Source: a virus. Taken from it: DNA of 64,000 nt. Positions 38,664 through 48,195 of this stretch are shown here, piece by piece; position 1 is the first letter of the stretch, and the number at the start of each line of letters is the position of its first letter. The translations under genes were made by a program, and so were the position numbers. The stretch lies in IMG/VR virus record IMGVR_UViG_3300032053_000011, positions 1-64,000 of that record. The stretch is one strand, 5' to 3'. The notes under the pieces are model-generated. The model was not told the origin of the DNA. It was given only the letters and a program-made list of their open reading frames with translations, and made no database searches.

Positions 38664-39758
38664 ATGAACCTCACGTTGCTGAACAAATCCAACCAGCCGC
38701 ACCACATCTATTGGATGATCCTGGGGACCGACCCGCTCACCAACGCCTGCTCGTACGTGCGCGCGAACGGCGCCATCGAGAAGTGCGAGATCGGTGACGA
38801 CTGCAAGCTCTATCAGCACGTGCTTGGCAAGAAGGCGACGTTGCCGTTCCCGCCGTTGATCTCGGCGCGCATCATCTTCACGATCGGCGCGCCCTTGCAG
38901 ATCAAGATCGTGAAGGACGGCAACGGCAATCCGGCCGTCCAGGACGCGGTCTTCTTCCTGCCGAGCGATCCGAACTACCTGCGCGTGTACGACAAGGTCG
39001 AGTACTCGCTGCCGACGTCGCCGCTCAATCAGATCTGGGCGAACAACACCAACGTGGACTTCTTCGGGATCCCGACCGAAGTGGCGATCGCTGACAAGAA
39101 CGGCCACACGCAGAGCACATCCCCGCTGTCCGGCACGCGGGACGCGCTCTTCGCAGCCTTCGCGGCCACGCCCGGCTTCGAATGCTTGGCGGTCACCCAC
39201 GGGACATCGAACGTCCGCGTGATCGCGCCGGGGTACTCGCCCGACTTCGACGCCAACTACTTCGACTCGTACGTGGCGTTGTGCTGGAAGAAGTACGCGA
39301 GCGAGTCGCTCGACCTCGCGCTGACGGGAGCACCGGCTGGATTCACGACCGCCATCGGCATGGTGGATGGCTCGGATGTCTTCCAGTTCGTCGACAACAA
39401 GGGCAACGCGTACGCGATCAACATGCCGAGCTCCTCGGACGTGTTCCTGTGCAACGGCGCGTTCAACATCAATGGATCACTGCCGCCGCTCGAGCAGCAG
39501 GTCGACGGCATCATCAAGCGGCAGATCGGCGCCGCGCTGAATCGCTCGGTGCTGACGGATGATGTTGGTGCGTTCTGCACGCTCGGCGGATTCTATCAAC
39601 AGCCGATCACGAACAAGTACTCAGCTCTGCTGCACGAGAGTTTCAAGGGCGGTCTCTGTTACGGGTTCCCCTACGACGACGTCTGCAACAAGTTCAGCTC
39701 CACGCTGAGCCTGACGCACTTCGCCTCGATGATCGTCACCGTCGGTGCGATGGCCTAG
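38664..39758 (+). CDS. glycoside hydrolase family 64 (beta-1,3-glucanase)
   Basis: YDKVEY, NTNVDFFGIP, TNKYSALLH, YGFPYDDV motifs. Confidence 0.85.
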   Translation: MNLTLLNKSNQPHHIYWMILGTDPLTNACSYVRANGAIEKCEIGDDCKLYQHVLGKKATLPFPPLISARIIFTIGAPLQIKIVKDGNGNPAVQDAVFFLPSDPNYLRVYDKVEYSLPTSPLNQIWANNTNVDFFGIPTEVAIADKNGHTQSTSPLSGTRDALFAAFAATPGFECLAVTHGTSNVRVIAPGYSPDFDANYFDSYVALCWKKYASESLDLALTGAPAGFTTAIGMVDGSDVFQFVDNKGNAYAINMPSSSDVFLCNGAFNINGSLPPLEQQVDGIIKRQIGAALNRSVLTDDVGAFCTLGGFYQQPITNKYSALLHESFKGGLCYGFPYDDVCNKFSSTLSLTHFASMIVTVGAMA

Positions 39759-40257
39759 TCCAGTCCTTCTTTCGGACCTCATCGCGGTAGTTCTCGCCCA
39801 CGTACACCCAGAGCGATCGTTCGCCGAGTGCCATCGCGGCGGCGGCGCGATGATTGCCATCCACAAGCTGTGCCTCGTACTGGCCGATATCGGCTCGAGT
39901 CCATGGGCGCGTCATGCCCAACTGGTACGAAAGCTCGCCGCGTTTGGCCCAGTCTTGTGTCATGTGGACATCTGCTGCGGTGATGCGGTGAATCCGCGCG
40001 GCCGGGATCTCGAAGCAATAGCCCTTCGCCATCGCTTCCATCACGCCAGCGGCGTGACCGAAGTTCCAGATGTTGTCCTGCATGAAGAGGACGCGGTCGG
40101 TCTCGACCTCGACGATGTATCCATTGCCGACCCACCCAACTCTCCTGCCTTGGAAATGCAGCTCGTCGCACTCCTCGGGTGAAACATTCCTCGGGTCGGG
40201 CGGCGTATCGCGCACCATCTGGACGATGTCGCCGGTGCTTTCGAAGAAACTGTCCAT
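39736..40257 (-). CDS. ParB-like domain protein
   Basis: LVDGNHRAAAA motif. Confidence 0.55.
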   Translation of the reverse strand: MDSFFESTGDIVQMVRDTPPDPRNVSPEECDELHFQGRRVGWVGNGYIVEVETDRVLFMQDNIWNFGHAAGVMEAMAKGYCFEIPAARIHRITAADVHMTQDWAKRGELSYQLGMTRPWTRADIGQYEAQLVDGNHRAAAAMALGERSLWVYVGENYRDEVRKKDWTRPSHRR

Positions 40258-40272
40258 GGCTGGCCTATCCGC

Positions 40273-40881
40273 CTATCCGCGGTTCGCATTGACGACGTCA
40301 GCTAGAATATCCCGGTGCGCGAGTTGTGCGCGTACGATGTCCGCAAGCGCTGGCAAGCTCAAGGTCTCATGCGTACGTCCTGCCGCCGCGATGCTGGTAT
40401 CGATCGCTTCGTCGAGTTCCTCGCCGACCGTGGTGGAAACCACGAGAGCTGCCTCAGAGGCCGTACGAGTCGCATGTCGCGAAATGAGATCCTCGAAAGA
40501 CCCGTCGGCCGCAACGGAAGCGTCTTCAGCAGCGACGCGCACGTCCCAGATGCCAACAGAAGTGTCGCCAGCCGCATAGCGGCTGGCGATATCGATCGCT
40601 ATCCAGGCTTTCTCGTGTGCATGTGCATTCGCTGCATAAGGCAGGGCAGCTTTAGCGATGGCGAGAGCGGCGCGCGCATACTCGGCATGCGGCGTAGCTC
40701 GCGAGGCGATTCTCAACAGATCATTTGGATTGCGGCTTGTGGCCCATGCTCTCGCGAATTCCTCGGCGTGCGCGACGGCCCAATGCAGTGGGATAGGCTC
40801 CATATCGCATAGGTATTTGAGTACTTCTTCCAGGCGCAGTCGGAGCTGCAATCCTACAGAGAACTCGCGCGGGTGGCTCAC
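40273..40881 (-). CDS. family-related protein with Imm5-like Ala-rich helical core
   Basis: EPIPLHWAV; AIDIASRYAAG; C-terminus IVRAQLAHRDILADVVNANR. Confidence 0.7.
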   Translation of the reverse strand: MSHPREFSVGLQLRLRLEEVLKYLCDMEPIPLHWAVAHAEEFARAWATSRNPNDLLRIASRATPHAEYARAALAIAKAALPYAANAHAHEKAWIAIDIASRYAAGDTSVGIWDVRVAAEDASVAADGSFEDLISRHATRTASEAALVVSTTVGEELDEAIDTSIAAAGRTHETLSLPALADIVRAQLAHRDILADVVNANRG

Positions 40882-41501
40882 AGCGCCGACCGGTTCGCAT
40901 TCACGACATCGGCCAGAATGTCGCGGTGCGCGAGTTGCGCGCGTACGATGTTCGCCATGCCATCCCAGATCGCGACGCGGTCCGCCCGAGTGCGAGCTGT
41001 CGTGGAACTGAGCCAAACGGCCTCGACAGCGGCCTCCGCAGAACTCACGGCGGAATCCGCAGCATCGTATGAATCCACCGCCAGCGCGAGGAAGGCAGCA
41101 TCCCCCGCCGCCCTGGCAACTTCACGTGAGATGCCTCCGCGGTCGGTCACGGCATCCGCCGTGTCGTTGCATGCCTCCCGTACGTCATCGGCTGATGCTT
41201 CCCCACGTGCCCATGCTTCAGCGATGTCGATCGCTTTCTCGGGTCGATCGTCGTAGGCGCTGGGCAGAGCCTTCTTCGCGATGGCGGATGCCGCGAGCAC
41301 CAGTGCTGGCCGGGGCACTGCGAATGCTGCGATCTTCAAGAGCAGACTCGCATGGCCACTGCGAGCCCAGGCATGTGAGAATTCTGTCGCGTGCTCGACA
41401 GCCCAGGACAGCGGAATTGGATCGCCAGTGCTGAGATGGCTGATGGTAGCCTCGAGAATCAGTTCGTCTTGCTCGTCTCGCTCGAGCTTCTGTCGGCTCA
41501 T
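40878..41501 (-). CDS. family-related protein with Imm5-like Ala-rich helical core
   Basis: DPIPLSWAV; DDRPEKAIDIAEAWARGEAS; same C-terminus as neighbour. Confidence 0.7.
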   Translation of the reverse strand: MSRQKLERDEQDELILEATISHLSTGDPIPLSWAVEHATEFSHAWARSGHASLLLKIAAFAVPRPALVLAASAIAKKALPSAYDDRPEKAIDIAEAWARGEASADDVREACNDTADAVTDRGGISREVARAAGDAAFLALAVDSYDAADSAVSSAEAAVEAVWLSSTTARTRADRVAIWDGMANIVRAQLAHRDILADVVNANRSAL

Positions 41502-41933
41502 CGCGGCGGCGGCGGCGCTGGTGGGAACGCGCGCGCCAGGGCAGCCCCCATCGCCAGCCCGACACCGCCGAATGCCAACGCGATCAACGTGCGTCGCATC
41601 GCGATGTTCCCGTTGTCGAGTGGCGTCGGCGGGGCACCCACCTGAGCGGATGCACCAACAGCCATGGGCATGGGCACGCTGATATTCATCGTGGCACCTG
41701 CCAGTGCGCGTGCGCACGTGCCATCGCACGGTGCTCAGCGCGCCGTTCGATGCCGAACCCAATGAGCAGTCCGAGGGCGGCGGCGCCAAGGGCTACTCCG
41801 AGATCGAGCCGCACGTCGCGCGCGGCCCGCACCGCCGGGTCCTCTGCGACCGCAGGCGCGGCCTCCACGAGCCCGGCAGACCGCGGCGGCGGAGCCAGCA
41901 CCGTCATGATCGGCGCGATGAGGACCGTCGTGA

Positions 41934-42905
41934 TCACCCGATCAGCCCGAGGTCTTTCCCATGGGCCGTGCCCACCGAGCCATCTTCCCAGCGCACGGTC
42001 GCCGTCATCATCGGGCCGTGTCCCTCGAGCGCGAGAATCGTCCCATGACGTCCGGCCGATGCCCCATGGCCGAGTCGTGTGACGTGACTGCCGATGAACG
42101 AGTGCGACGGATTCGACCGCGGGCCGCTCTCATCCTTCGGCCAGAGCCACCACGCGACGCCGACCACCGCGGCGGCGCCGAGAAGCCAGGGCACGATCGA
42201 GACCTTTGCCGTCGCCGTGATCGTTCCTGGTGGGGCCGCCGCGGGCGGCGCGGGCGGCGGAGTCACTGCTGGAGGCGCTGGTGGCGCCGTTTGCGTAGCG
42301 GCCGGAGGCGGAACGACCGGCGGCGCGATCGCTGGCGCCGGAGTCTCGGTCCACGCCGAGGCGCTGAACCGTCCCGGCGTGTAGCTGGTAGCGTCGTAGA
42401 CCCGAACTCCGTATTGCGGCAACGCGGCGCCAACCGGCAGAGAGACGTCTTCGAAAACGACCTGATCATCACGACCATCGCTGGCCGCGATTGCCATCGC
42501 AAGGGCCAGGGTCTCGGCACTGATCTGTGGCCGCGAAGCCTGCCCCGAGTAGCTGCGGTCTCGCTGAAGCGCGGTCCCGACACTCGCGGGGATCGGGCGC
42601 ACCGCGCGAATCCGATCGTACGCCGCTTGGAGCCGATCGACGACGTCGTCGCCCCAGGTCTGCCACAGCGGACGGTTCGGGTCAGCGTTCGGATCGAGGG
42701 CCGCCTGCGCCCAACGCAGAAAGTCAGCACTCCTCTCGGCGCTCACCACCACGCGAAACGACGGATCCGCCAGCATGACCGCCGACGGGGCCTGGGCGGG
42801 CGGAAACTTCGTCACTGCCCAGCGCTGCGCGGTCGGTCCGGTGAGGTAGATCTCGGCGGGCAGCGTGCCGTCGCCGAAGTTGGTGCGGATCGAGGAGATG
42901 TACAT
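41934..42905 (-). CDS. membrane-anchored protein with Pro/Ala-rich linker
   Basis: Pro-rich stalk followed by TM PWLLGAAAVVGVAWWLW. Confidence 0.65.
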   Translation of the reverse strand: MYISSIRTNFGDGTLPAEIYLTGPTAQRWAVTKFPPAQAPSAVMLADPSFRVVVSAERSADFLRWAQAALDPNADPNRPLWQTWGDDVVDRLQAAYDRIRAVRPIPASVGTALQRDRSYSGQASRPQISAETLALAMAIAASDGRDDQVVFEDVSLPVGAALPQYGVRVYDATSYTPGRFSASAWTETPAPAIAPPVVPPPAATQTAPPAPPAVTPPPAPPAAAPPGTITATAKVSIVPWLLGAAAVVGVAWWLWPKDESGPRSNPSHSFIGSHVTRLGHGASAGRHGTILALEGHGPMMTATVRWEDGSVGTAHGKDLGLIG

Positions 42906-43202
42906 CGTCCGGCCAGTCTATCTGAGGTCGTGGCACAGCGCCTCTTTCAGCCATGGCGGGCTCGATCTACGACAGACCCTCGCGCCGCTCACGAGCAATT
43001 CGTAGGAAGTCGACGGGATTTTCCGTCTTGTCCCAGAGCTCGCACGTCGGACTCTGATGAAGAATTCCAGGCCGATCGTTCTCGTCGCGTACGACTTTCA
43101 CATCGGCGTTGCACTCGGGGCACTTCAACTCCGCATCGACAGTCATACACATCTTGTCCATCGAACGAATCTCCGATGCTACTGGGTCAGTGAGGGCTCA
43201 CC

Positions 43203-43526
43203 TCAGATGCCGGTCTCGCTGGTGTAGCAGCGGGCATCCACCACTTCGACGGCCTCCTCGAGAGGCCGACTCTGAGGAAAGGTGCTTGCGCGTGCGGCGA
43301 AGAACCGTGCGAGCAGGTCACGCTTGGTAGACTCTGGGAGTCCGAGCCAATATCGGCAGGCGCCTCGGCGCGGCCTCCGATCAGAGAGTTGGCGCAGGAA
43401 CTCGTCACAGTCCTCGTCCAGCTCTTGGCGCGTCTGCCGGTAGCCTGACCAAACGACATTCGCCACCGCAAGGGCGGCGACGCCGCCGATGATCCAGGGC
43501 CAGCGCGTTGGCGTGTCGGCTGCCAT
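43203..43526 (-). CDS. small N-terminally anchored membrane protein
   Basis: WPWIIGGVAALAVANVVW. Confidence 0.55.
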   Translation of the reverse strand: MAADTPTRWPWIIGGVAALAVANVVWSGYRQTRQELDEDCDEFLRQLSDRRPRRGACRYWLGLPESTKRDLLARFFAARASTFPQSRPLEEAVEVVDARCYTSETGI

Positions 43527-43664
43527 CAGATCGTCCCTTGTACTCGTCCGTTGTACGACATCCCGGCGAGGGTACCATCGGGCATTCCGTCGCGCGAGCC
43601 GCGAGCGGTGGCCATCCGGTGGACTGCGGCAGTGGCTCTGCGTTCGAGCGATATGGCGTGTCGC

Positions 43665-44306
43665 TCATGGGCTGGCCTCGTTGCGACATTGCTCGAGTTG
43701 GTGATGCATGCGGTTGCTGGCGCCATTCACGCGCCCGGCATAGCGGAAGAACTCTCGCAGGAGACGACGCTGCCTGCGAAGCGGCACGCTCCCATGCCAG
43801 TAGCTCCCTACCCAATTCGCATAGACGCGTGCGGAATGCCGTGCGGCCTGGGTCTGGGTGTACCGACGTAGCAATAGACTCGACCCGCGTCGAATGTTCT
43901 CACCCGGGTCGAACATGACCGCGCGCGCGGCGGTCTGCGTTTCGGTGCATGCTGCGGGATCATCGTGGCGTATGAACCGGACATGGTGCACGCGACGCCG
44001 ATGATGCCGTCTCCAGGTCCACCATTCCGTGCGTTGCGGACGTCCCCAGCAGCGTAACTGGGGCGCGAGGAGCTGCATTACACCGAATACCCCGTTGTCG
44101 CGATCTCGCTGGCTGCCGGTGGGATTGAAACGGCTCTCGACGTACCCAACTCCGAGGAGCAGGTCAAGCGAGAGGTGAGGCTGCACCGCAGCCATGAATG
44201 CGACAGCTTCGGCGTGCGCGATCTCATCGCGATTCGCCATCGGTACATTGTGGTCACCGCGCAGCAGCGAACAGGCGACGATGGCCGCGGTGATCCACGT
44301 CGGCAT
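43665..44306 (-). CDS. lytic transglycosylase (SLT-like)
   Basis: VESRFNP, FGVMQL, FDPGENIRRG motifs; hydrophobic N-terminus. Confidence 0.75.
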   Translation of the reverse strand: MPTWITAAIVACSLLRGDHNVPMANRDEIAHAEAVAFMAAVQPHLSLDLLLGVGYVESRFNPTGSQRDRDNGVFGVMQLLAPQLRCWGRPQRTEWWTWRRHHRRRVHHVRFIRHDDPAACTETQTAARAVMFDPGENIRRGSSLLLRRYTQTQAARHSARVYANWVGSYWHGSVPLRRQRRLLREFFRYAGRVNGASNRMHHQLEQCRNEASP

Positions 44307-45074
44307 CAGTCGCCGTCGCGCAGAGCGGTGATGGCATCTCCGAACTCCGCGATGATCGTCGCGCTCTCCGAGGGAGAGACGATCTCCGTGACTGACGAAA
44401 CGACCGATGCATCCTCGTTCTGTTCGGCGCCTGCGAAATCGCGTAGATCCCAGTCGTTCTTGACCGGGTCGACTCGCGACCAGATTTCGATCCGCGTGCG
44501 GTAGAGCGTGCGTTCCTTGTTTCCCATGGTCTACTCCTTTGTCTTCGTCTTCGGCATCCTCAAGGCGGTCCAGAGCATCGCGCCGACCGCACCGATGCCA
44601 ATGAGCATCGCCATGGGGATTCCGGCGATGAGGGCCCCCGGGTTGGGCCGGGTCTGCAACCGCTTCACGACCGTTGCGAGACTGCGTTCGATCGCGGCGA
44701 GCGCCTTTGTGAAGTGCAGAGCGCTCTCCGCCGGATCCGTCGCAAAGCGCGCGTGAATGACTGCGTTGTGACTTTCTGCCAGTGACGCCGCGAGCAGGTC
44801 CTCGTATGCCCGACTGCCGGGTCGAGCACGCCGCCGATCATCGCCAGCACGCCGGGGTATGTCTTGCAGACGGTGCGCGCGCATTGCTCCGAACAGACTC
44901 GAATCCTTGATCCGAGGAGTCGCTCGTCATCGTCAGTCGGCGGACGGAGCCAGCCCTTCGGCAAGTCACGTTCGGCATCGACCGGCGGCATCCGTTCGCG
45001 CTTCTCGCACACGTCGCACACGAGCTCGATCATCCGAGTCCCCCGAAAATGATGTCACGTGGCGCCATCGCCGA

Positions 45075-45103
45075 TGTCTAGCACGGTGATAGCACTACTG
45101 CAA
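45075..45103 (-). promoter_or_regulatory. GCTAG-box promoter variant
   Basis: TTGCAG-17bp-TAGACA with GCTATC/GCTAGA boxes; ATG 45068 6 nt downstream. Confidence 0.45.
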
Positions 45104-45403
45104 GCTGCAAGCAGCGGTGACCGGTGACCCGTGACCCGCCAGTCGTGCTATGAAGGTTCCGATGAACGAGCACGCAGCGCGCGAGATACGAAGACAGGCC
45201 GACGTTCAGTTCCTCATCGGGCTCGAACAGCTCGCCAGCGATGCATCGAAACCGCGGGAGCTGCGGGACCGCGCGACCGCGCTTGCGATGAAGTTTCGGA
45301 TGTACTGGATCAACATGGGCAGGTCGGGCGACCGGATGACCACCGAAGAGCGGCGGTTCTTCCACACGGCGTAACGCCACTTGTTCCATCGTGACTCTGT
45401 GGC

Positions 45404-45886
45404 TCAGCCGAAGTGCAGGCGCGGGCGCCGCTTATTTTCGGCCCATTCAAGCCAAGCGCCCCACGAAATGACCGTGAACGTACCGTTGGCAACATCGTAG
45501 AGCACGGTTGGATCGTACGTCTCACCGGTGTTCACATAGAGCGCTGCCGGTCGGCTGCTGGAATTGTCGAGGCTGACAACGCCATGGAATCCCATCAGAG
45601 CGTTCACCTCCTCGAGATATCTCTCCGCTACATCATCGTCCATGACTGGCTGCTCTGGCGGCATGGCCACCAGCAGGACCAATCGCGGCAACATCGCAGG
45701 GTCGGTGAACCGTGCCGATCTGGATCGCACAAGCCGGAGTGCGCCGTCGAGCATCGAGAAATCGATGCGCGGACCTGCATCGGACTCGATGGCGCTCATC
45801 AATGCCACCACGGTCGCCAGATCGAACTTGTCAGCGTGGGCTCTCACGAACTCGTCGAGTCGACGCCGCTCTCTTGCTCGATTCAT
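45404..45886 (-). CDS. hypothetical phage protein
   Basis: GFHGV...YVNTGETYDPT.LY...SWGAW; ATGA coupling. Confidence 0.6.
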   Translation of the reverse strand: MNRARERRRLDEFVRAHADKFDLATVVALMSAIESDAGPRIDFSMLDGALRLVRSRSARFTDPAMLPRLVLLVAMPPEQPVMDDDVAERYLEEVNALMGFHGVVSLDNSSSRPAALYVNTGETYDPTVLYDVANGTFTVISWGAWLEWAENKRRPRLHFG

Positions 45887-46476
45887 CGACGCCCCTCGAT
45901 CACTGTGAGCATTTCAGAGAGGCTCGGCTCTGGGCGGATGGCGCTGCGCATCGCATCGCAAACCTCCGGCATGACGTCGCTCTCGTTTCGGCGAGTGAGC
46001 ACCGCGATTGCTCGCGCGACTCTGATGGCCATCCCGGCGCAGACATCCTGCGAATCGCTCATCGCATGCCGAGGACCGAGCATGTTCATGGTCGCACTCT
46101 CGACCGCGTCCATGTACTGCTGAATGGCACCGCGCTCGACGACAAGCACATTCTCCTCCGACTCACTCAGGCGCGTCGCGCGACGAAGGAGGTCGGCTAC
46201 CCGCATGCGCCATTGCGACTCTCGCTGATGGATCCAGGCGCCCCGGGCCAAGACTGCCTGCGCGATCGCACTGAACTGCTCGAGGGAAACCGGACGTCCC
46301 AAGCCAGCGTGGACAACAGCGAGGATGGCATACGGATCGGTGGACGCTCGCCAAGCTGCGGTCACCGGGTCGATCCGGCCGCCGTCCGAATATTCGACTG
46401 CCCAGGCAAGCGGCGGGGCAGTGCCTTCCCGGAAGAAGTCCAGAATGTCGTCGAGACTGCGGGATGGACGGTTCAC
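45883..46476 (-). CDS. PL/PPT family, 'PPLAW..DPV' subfamily
   Basis: GTAPPLAWAV..GGRIDPVTAAW...PEPSLSEML. Confidence 0.75.
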   Translation of the reverse strand: MNRPSRSLDDILDFFREGTAPPLAWAVEYSDGGRIDPVTAAWRASTDPYAILAVVHAGLGRPVSLEQFSAIAQAVLARGAWIHQRESQWRMRVADLLRRATRLSESEENVLVVERGAIQQYMDAVESATMNMLGPRHAMSDSQDVCAGMAIRVARAIAVLTRRNESDVMPEVCDAMRSAIRPEPSLSEMLTVIEGRR

Positions 46477-46991
46477 GCTGGACCGCGCTCGATCCGCGCA
46501 AGAAGCTCTGACATCATGAGCGGAGGTATCTGAGCACGGATTTCATCGGCGACTCTCTGACGTGATTGCAGAGACTTACCATCGCCATCGAACAACCACC
46601 CGATCGTTTCTGTCATCAGTTGGACCAGCCAGTATACGCGTATCTCGCCGCGAGTAACGTCAGGAAGTTGATCAAGAGCGGCTCGATAGCGACCAATGGC
46701 TTTGGTCAGGGTGGCTCCTTTCCGGCCCTCCCGGATAGCTCTCATGAGAGTCGCATGGCCGAGTTCGATGAGTGCCAGCATCACTCCATGCAGTGCAGAT
46801 GGGCGGAGGTGTTCCAAGAGATCAGCCATGTGCGCTGGCTCGACAGAGTCGATCCAGGCCGCGCTTACGGGATCGATCTGTCCGCCTCTGGACCGCGTGA
46901 CTACCCATGCCAGCGGCGGAGCCGTTCCGTCCTGCGCAAAGGTCAAGACCTCCCGGATTGGGTCCTGACTCGTCGATACAGCTTTGCTCAT
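46473..46991 (-). CDS. PL/PPT family, 'PPLAW..DPV' subfamily
   Basis: GTAPPLAWVV..GGQIDPVSAAW...IPPLMMSELLARIERG. Confidence 0.75.
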   Translation of the reverse strand: MSKAVSTSQDPIREVLTFAQDGTAPPLAWVVTRSRGGQIDPVSAAWIDSVEPAHMADLLEHLRPSALHGVMLALIELGHATLMRAIREGRKGATLTKAIGRYRAALDQLPDVTRGEIRVYWLVQLMTETIGWLFDGDGKSLQSRQRVADEIRAQIPPLMMSELLARIERGPA

Positions 46992-47542
46992 GCCGAACCA
47001 CGCTCGATCCGCGCGATCAGCTCCGGGAACGTCGGCGGCACGACCTGAGAGCGGATGGCGTTGGCAACAGCGTGGTGCGCCGCCGGGGCATGGGCGATTC
47101 CTTCAGTCGCCATTCCGATGGCGTTCGCCACTTCACTGACTGACCAGTGAATAGCGTCGCGCCTGCCTTCTGGCTTGAAGACTGGGTCCACCATCACTTG
47201 TGCGCGCTCGATGGCAGATAGATATTCCTTCGAGGCTCTCGCCAATGATTTTGGCAGTCGTATCGGATCACCCAAACGAAGCACATCGGTCACCTCTTTT
47301 ATGTGCTTTATCCACACGAAACTACCGAGCTCGAGAACTGCCTGCATCGCACGACGTAATTCGACTTCGTCCTGACGAAGAACATCAAGAAGTCTTGTCA
47401 TGACGAAAACGTGTGCTGACGCATTCCAGACCGCTGTAACCGGATCTTGGCCGTCTGCCGAATGTTCGATTGCCCATCGCAACGGCGGAGCGACGCCTTC
47501 GTTCAGCCACTCGTATAGCTCGCCGATAGGGTCGGGTGTCAT
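46988..47542 (-). CDS. PL/PPT family, 'PPLAW..DPV' subfamily
   Basis: GVAPPLRWAI..GQDPVTAVW...VPPTFPELIARIERG. Confidence 0.75.
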   Translation of the reverse strand: MTPDPIGELYEWLNEGVAPPLRWAIEHSADGQDPVTAVWNASAHVFVMTRLLDVLRQDEVELRRAMQAVLELGSFVWIKHIKEVTDVLRLGDPIRLPKSLARASKEYLSAIERAQVMVDPVFKPEGRRDAIHWSVSEVANAIGMATEGIAHAPAAHHAVANAIRSQVVPPTFPELIARIERGSA

Positions 47543-48195
47543 CGATGCGGCCGTTCGATCCACGCCAGGAATTCAGCATATGTCGGTGCTGGGACATGCG
47601 CGCGAATGACATCGGAGACGATGCGATGCGCTTCGAGATCCTCGGCATGTCCAGCAGGACCTGCCAAGCCGATCGCCTGAGCAACGTGATCAACTGCCCA
47701 CATCGCTGCACCAATAGGATGCTTCTCGCCGCCGATCAATGGCTCGCGAATCGACAGTGCCGCACCGGCACGTAACGAGTCGCTATACAGACGAATGGCC
47801 GCTTCCAGCGCTGATTCTCGATCTCGAAGTTTCGGAGACTCCCCGATGAGCATGGCTCGAATGACTTGGTCTGGAAAGGTGCCCTCGTCATTCCAAACGA
47901 ATCTGCCAACTTCGAATACTGATGCGACGAGATGGATGAGATCGGCACGACCGTCCGGCGTGTCGTTCTGTTCTCGTAACCAGTAAAAGACAAGGTTGAT
48001 CATCATTCCAGGCTTGAGCGATGCCGCCCAAATCGCATTCACAGGATCAACCTGTCCACCTCGTGACCATTCAATTGCCCATGCCAATGGCGGGATAGTA
48101 TGCGTAGTCCAGAAAACATAGAGCTGATCGATCGGATCTTTTCGCAGGGACAGCCGTTCATCGGTCTTGCCCTGGCTCAGACGCTTCTTGCTCAC
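47539..48195 (-). CDS. PL/PPT family, 'PPLAW..DPV' subfamily
   Basis: TIPPLAWAI..GGQVDPVNAIW...PAPTYAEFLAWIER. Confidence 0.75.
   Translation of the reverse strand: MSKKRLSQGKTDERLSLRKDPIDQLYVFWTTHTIPPLAWAIEWSRGGQVDPVNAIWAASLKPGMMINLVFYWLREQNDTPDGRADLIHLVASVFEVGRFVWNDEGTFPDQVIRAMLIGESPKLRDRESALEAAIRLYSDSLRAGAALSIREPLIGGEKHPIGAAMWAVDHVAQAIGLAGPAGHAEDLEAHRIVSDVIRAHVPAPTYAEFLAWIERPHR

Noticed and set aside
37282-38667. Long antisense ORFs (e.g. 37282..38667+, 22908..23960+, 13437..14429+, 4551..5423+)
   Set aside because: These are shadow ORFs typical of high-GC DNA, lying opposite genes with clear motifs or across tRNAs.
44531-45033. Possible frameshift joining overlapping ORFs 44665..45033 and 44531..44884
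   Set aside because: No clear slippery site was found and the true starts cannot be resolved without homologues or reads.
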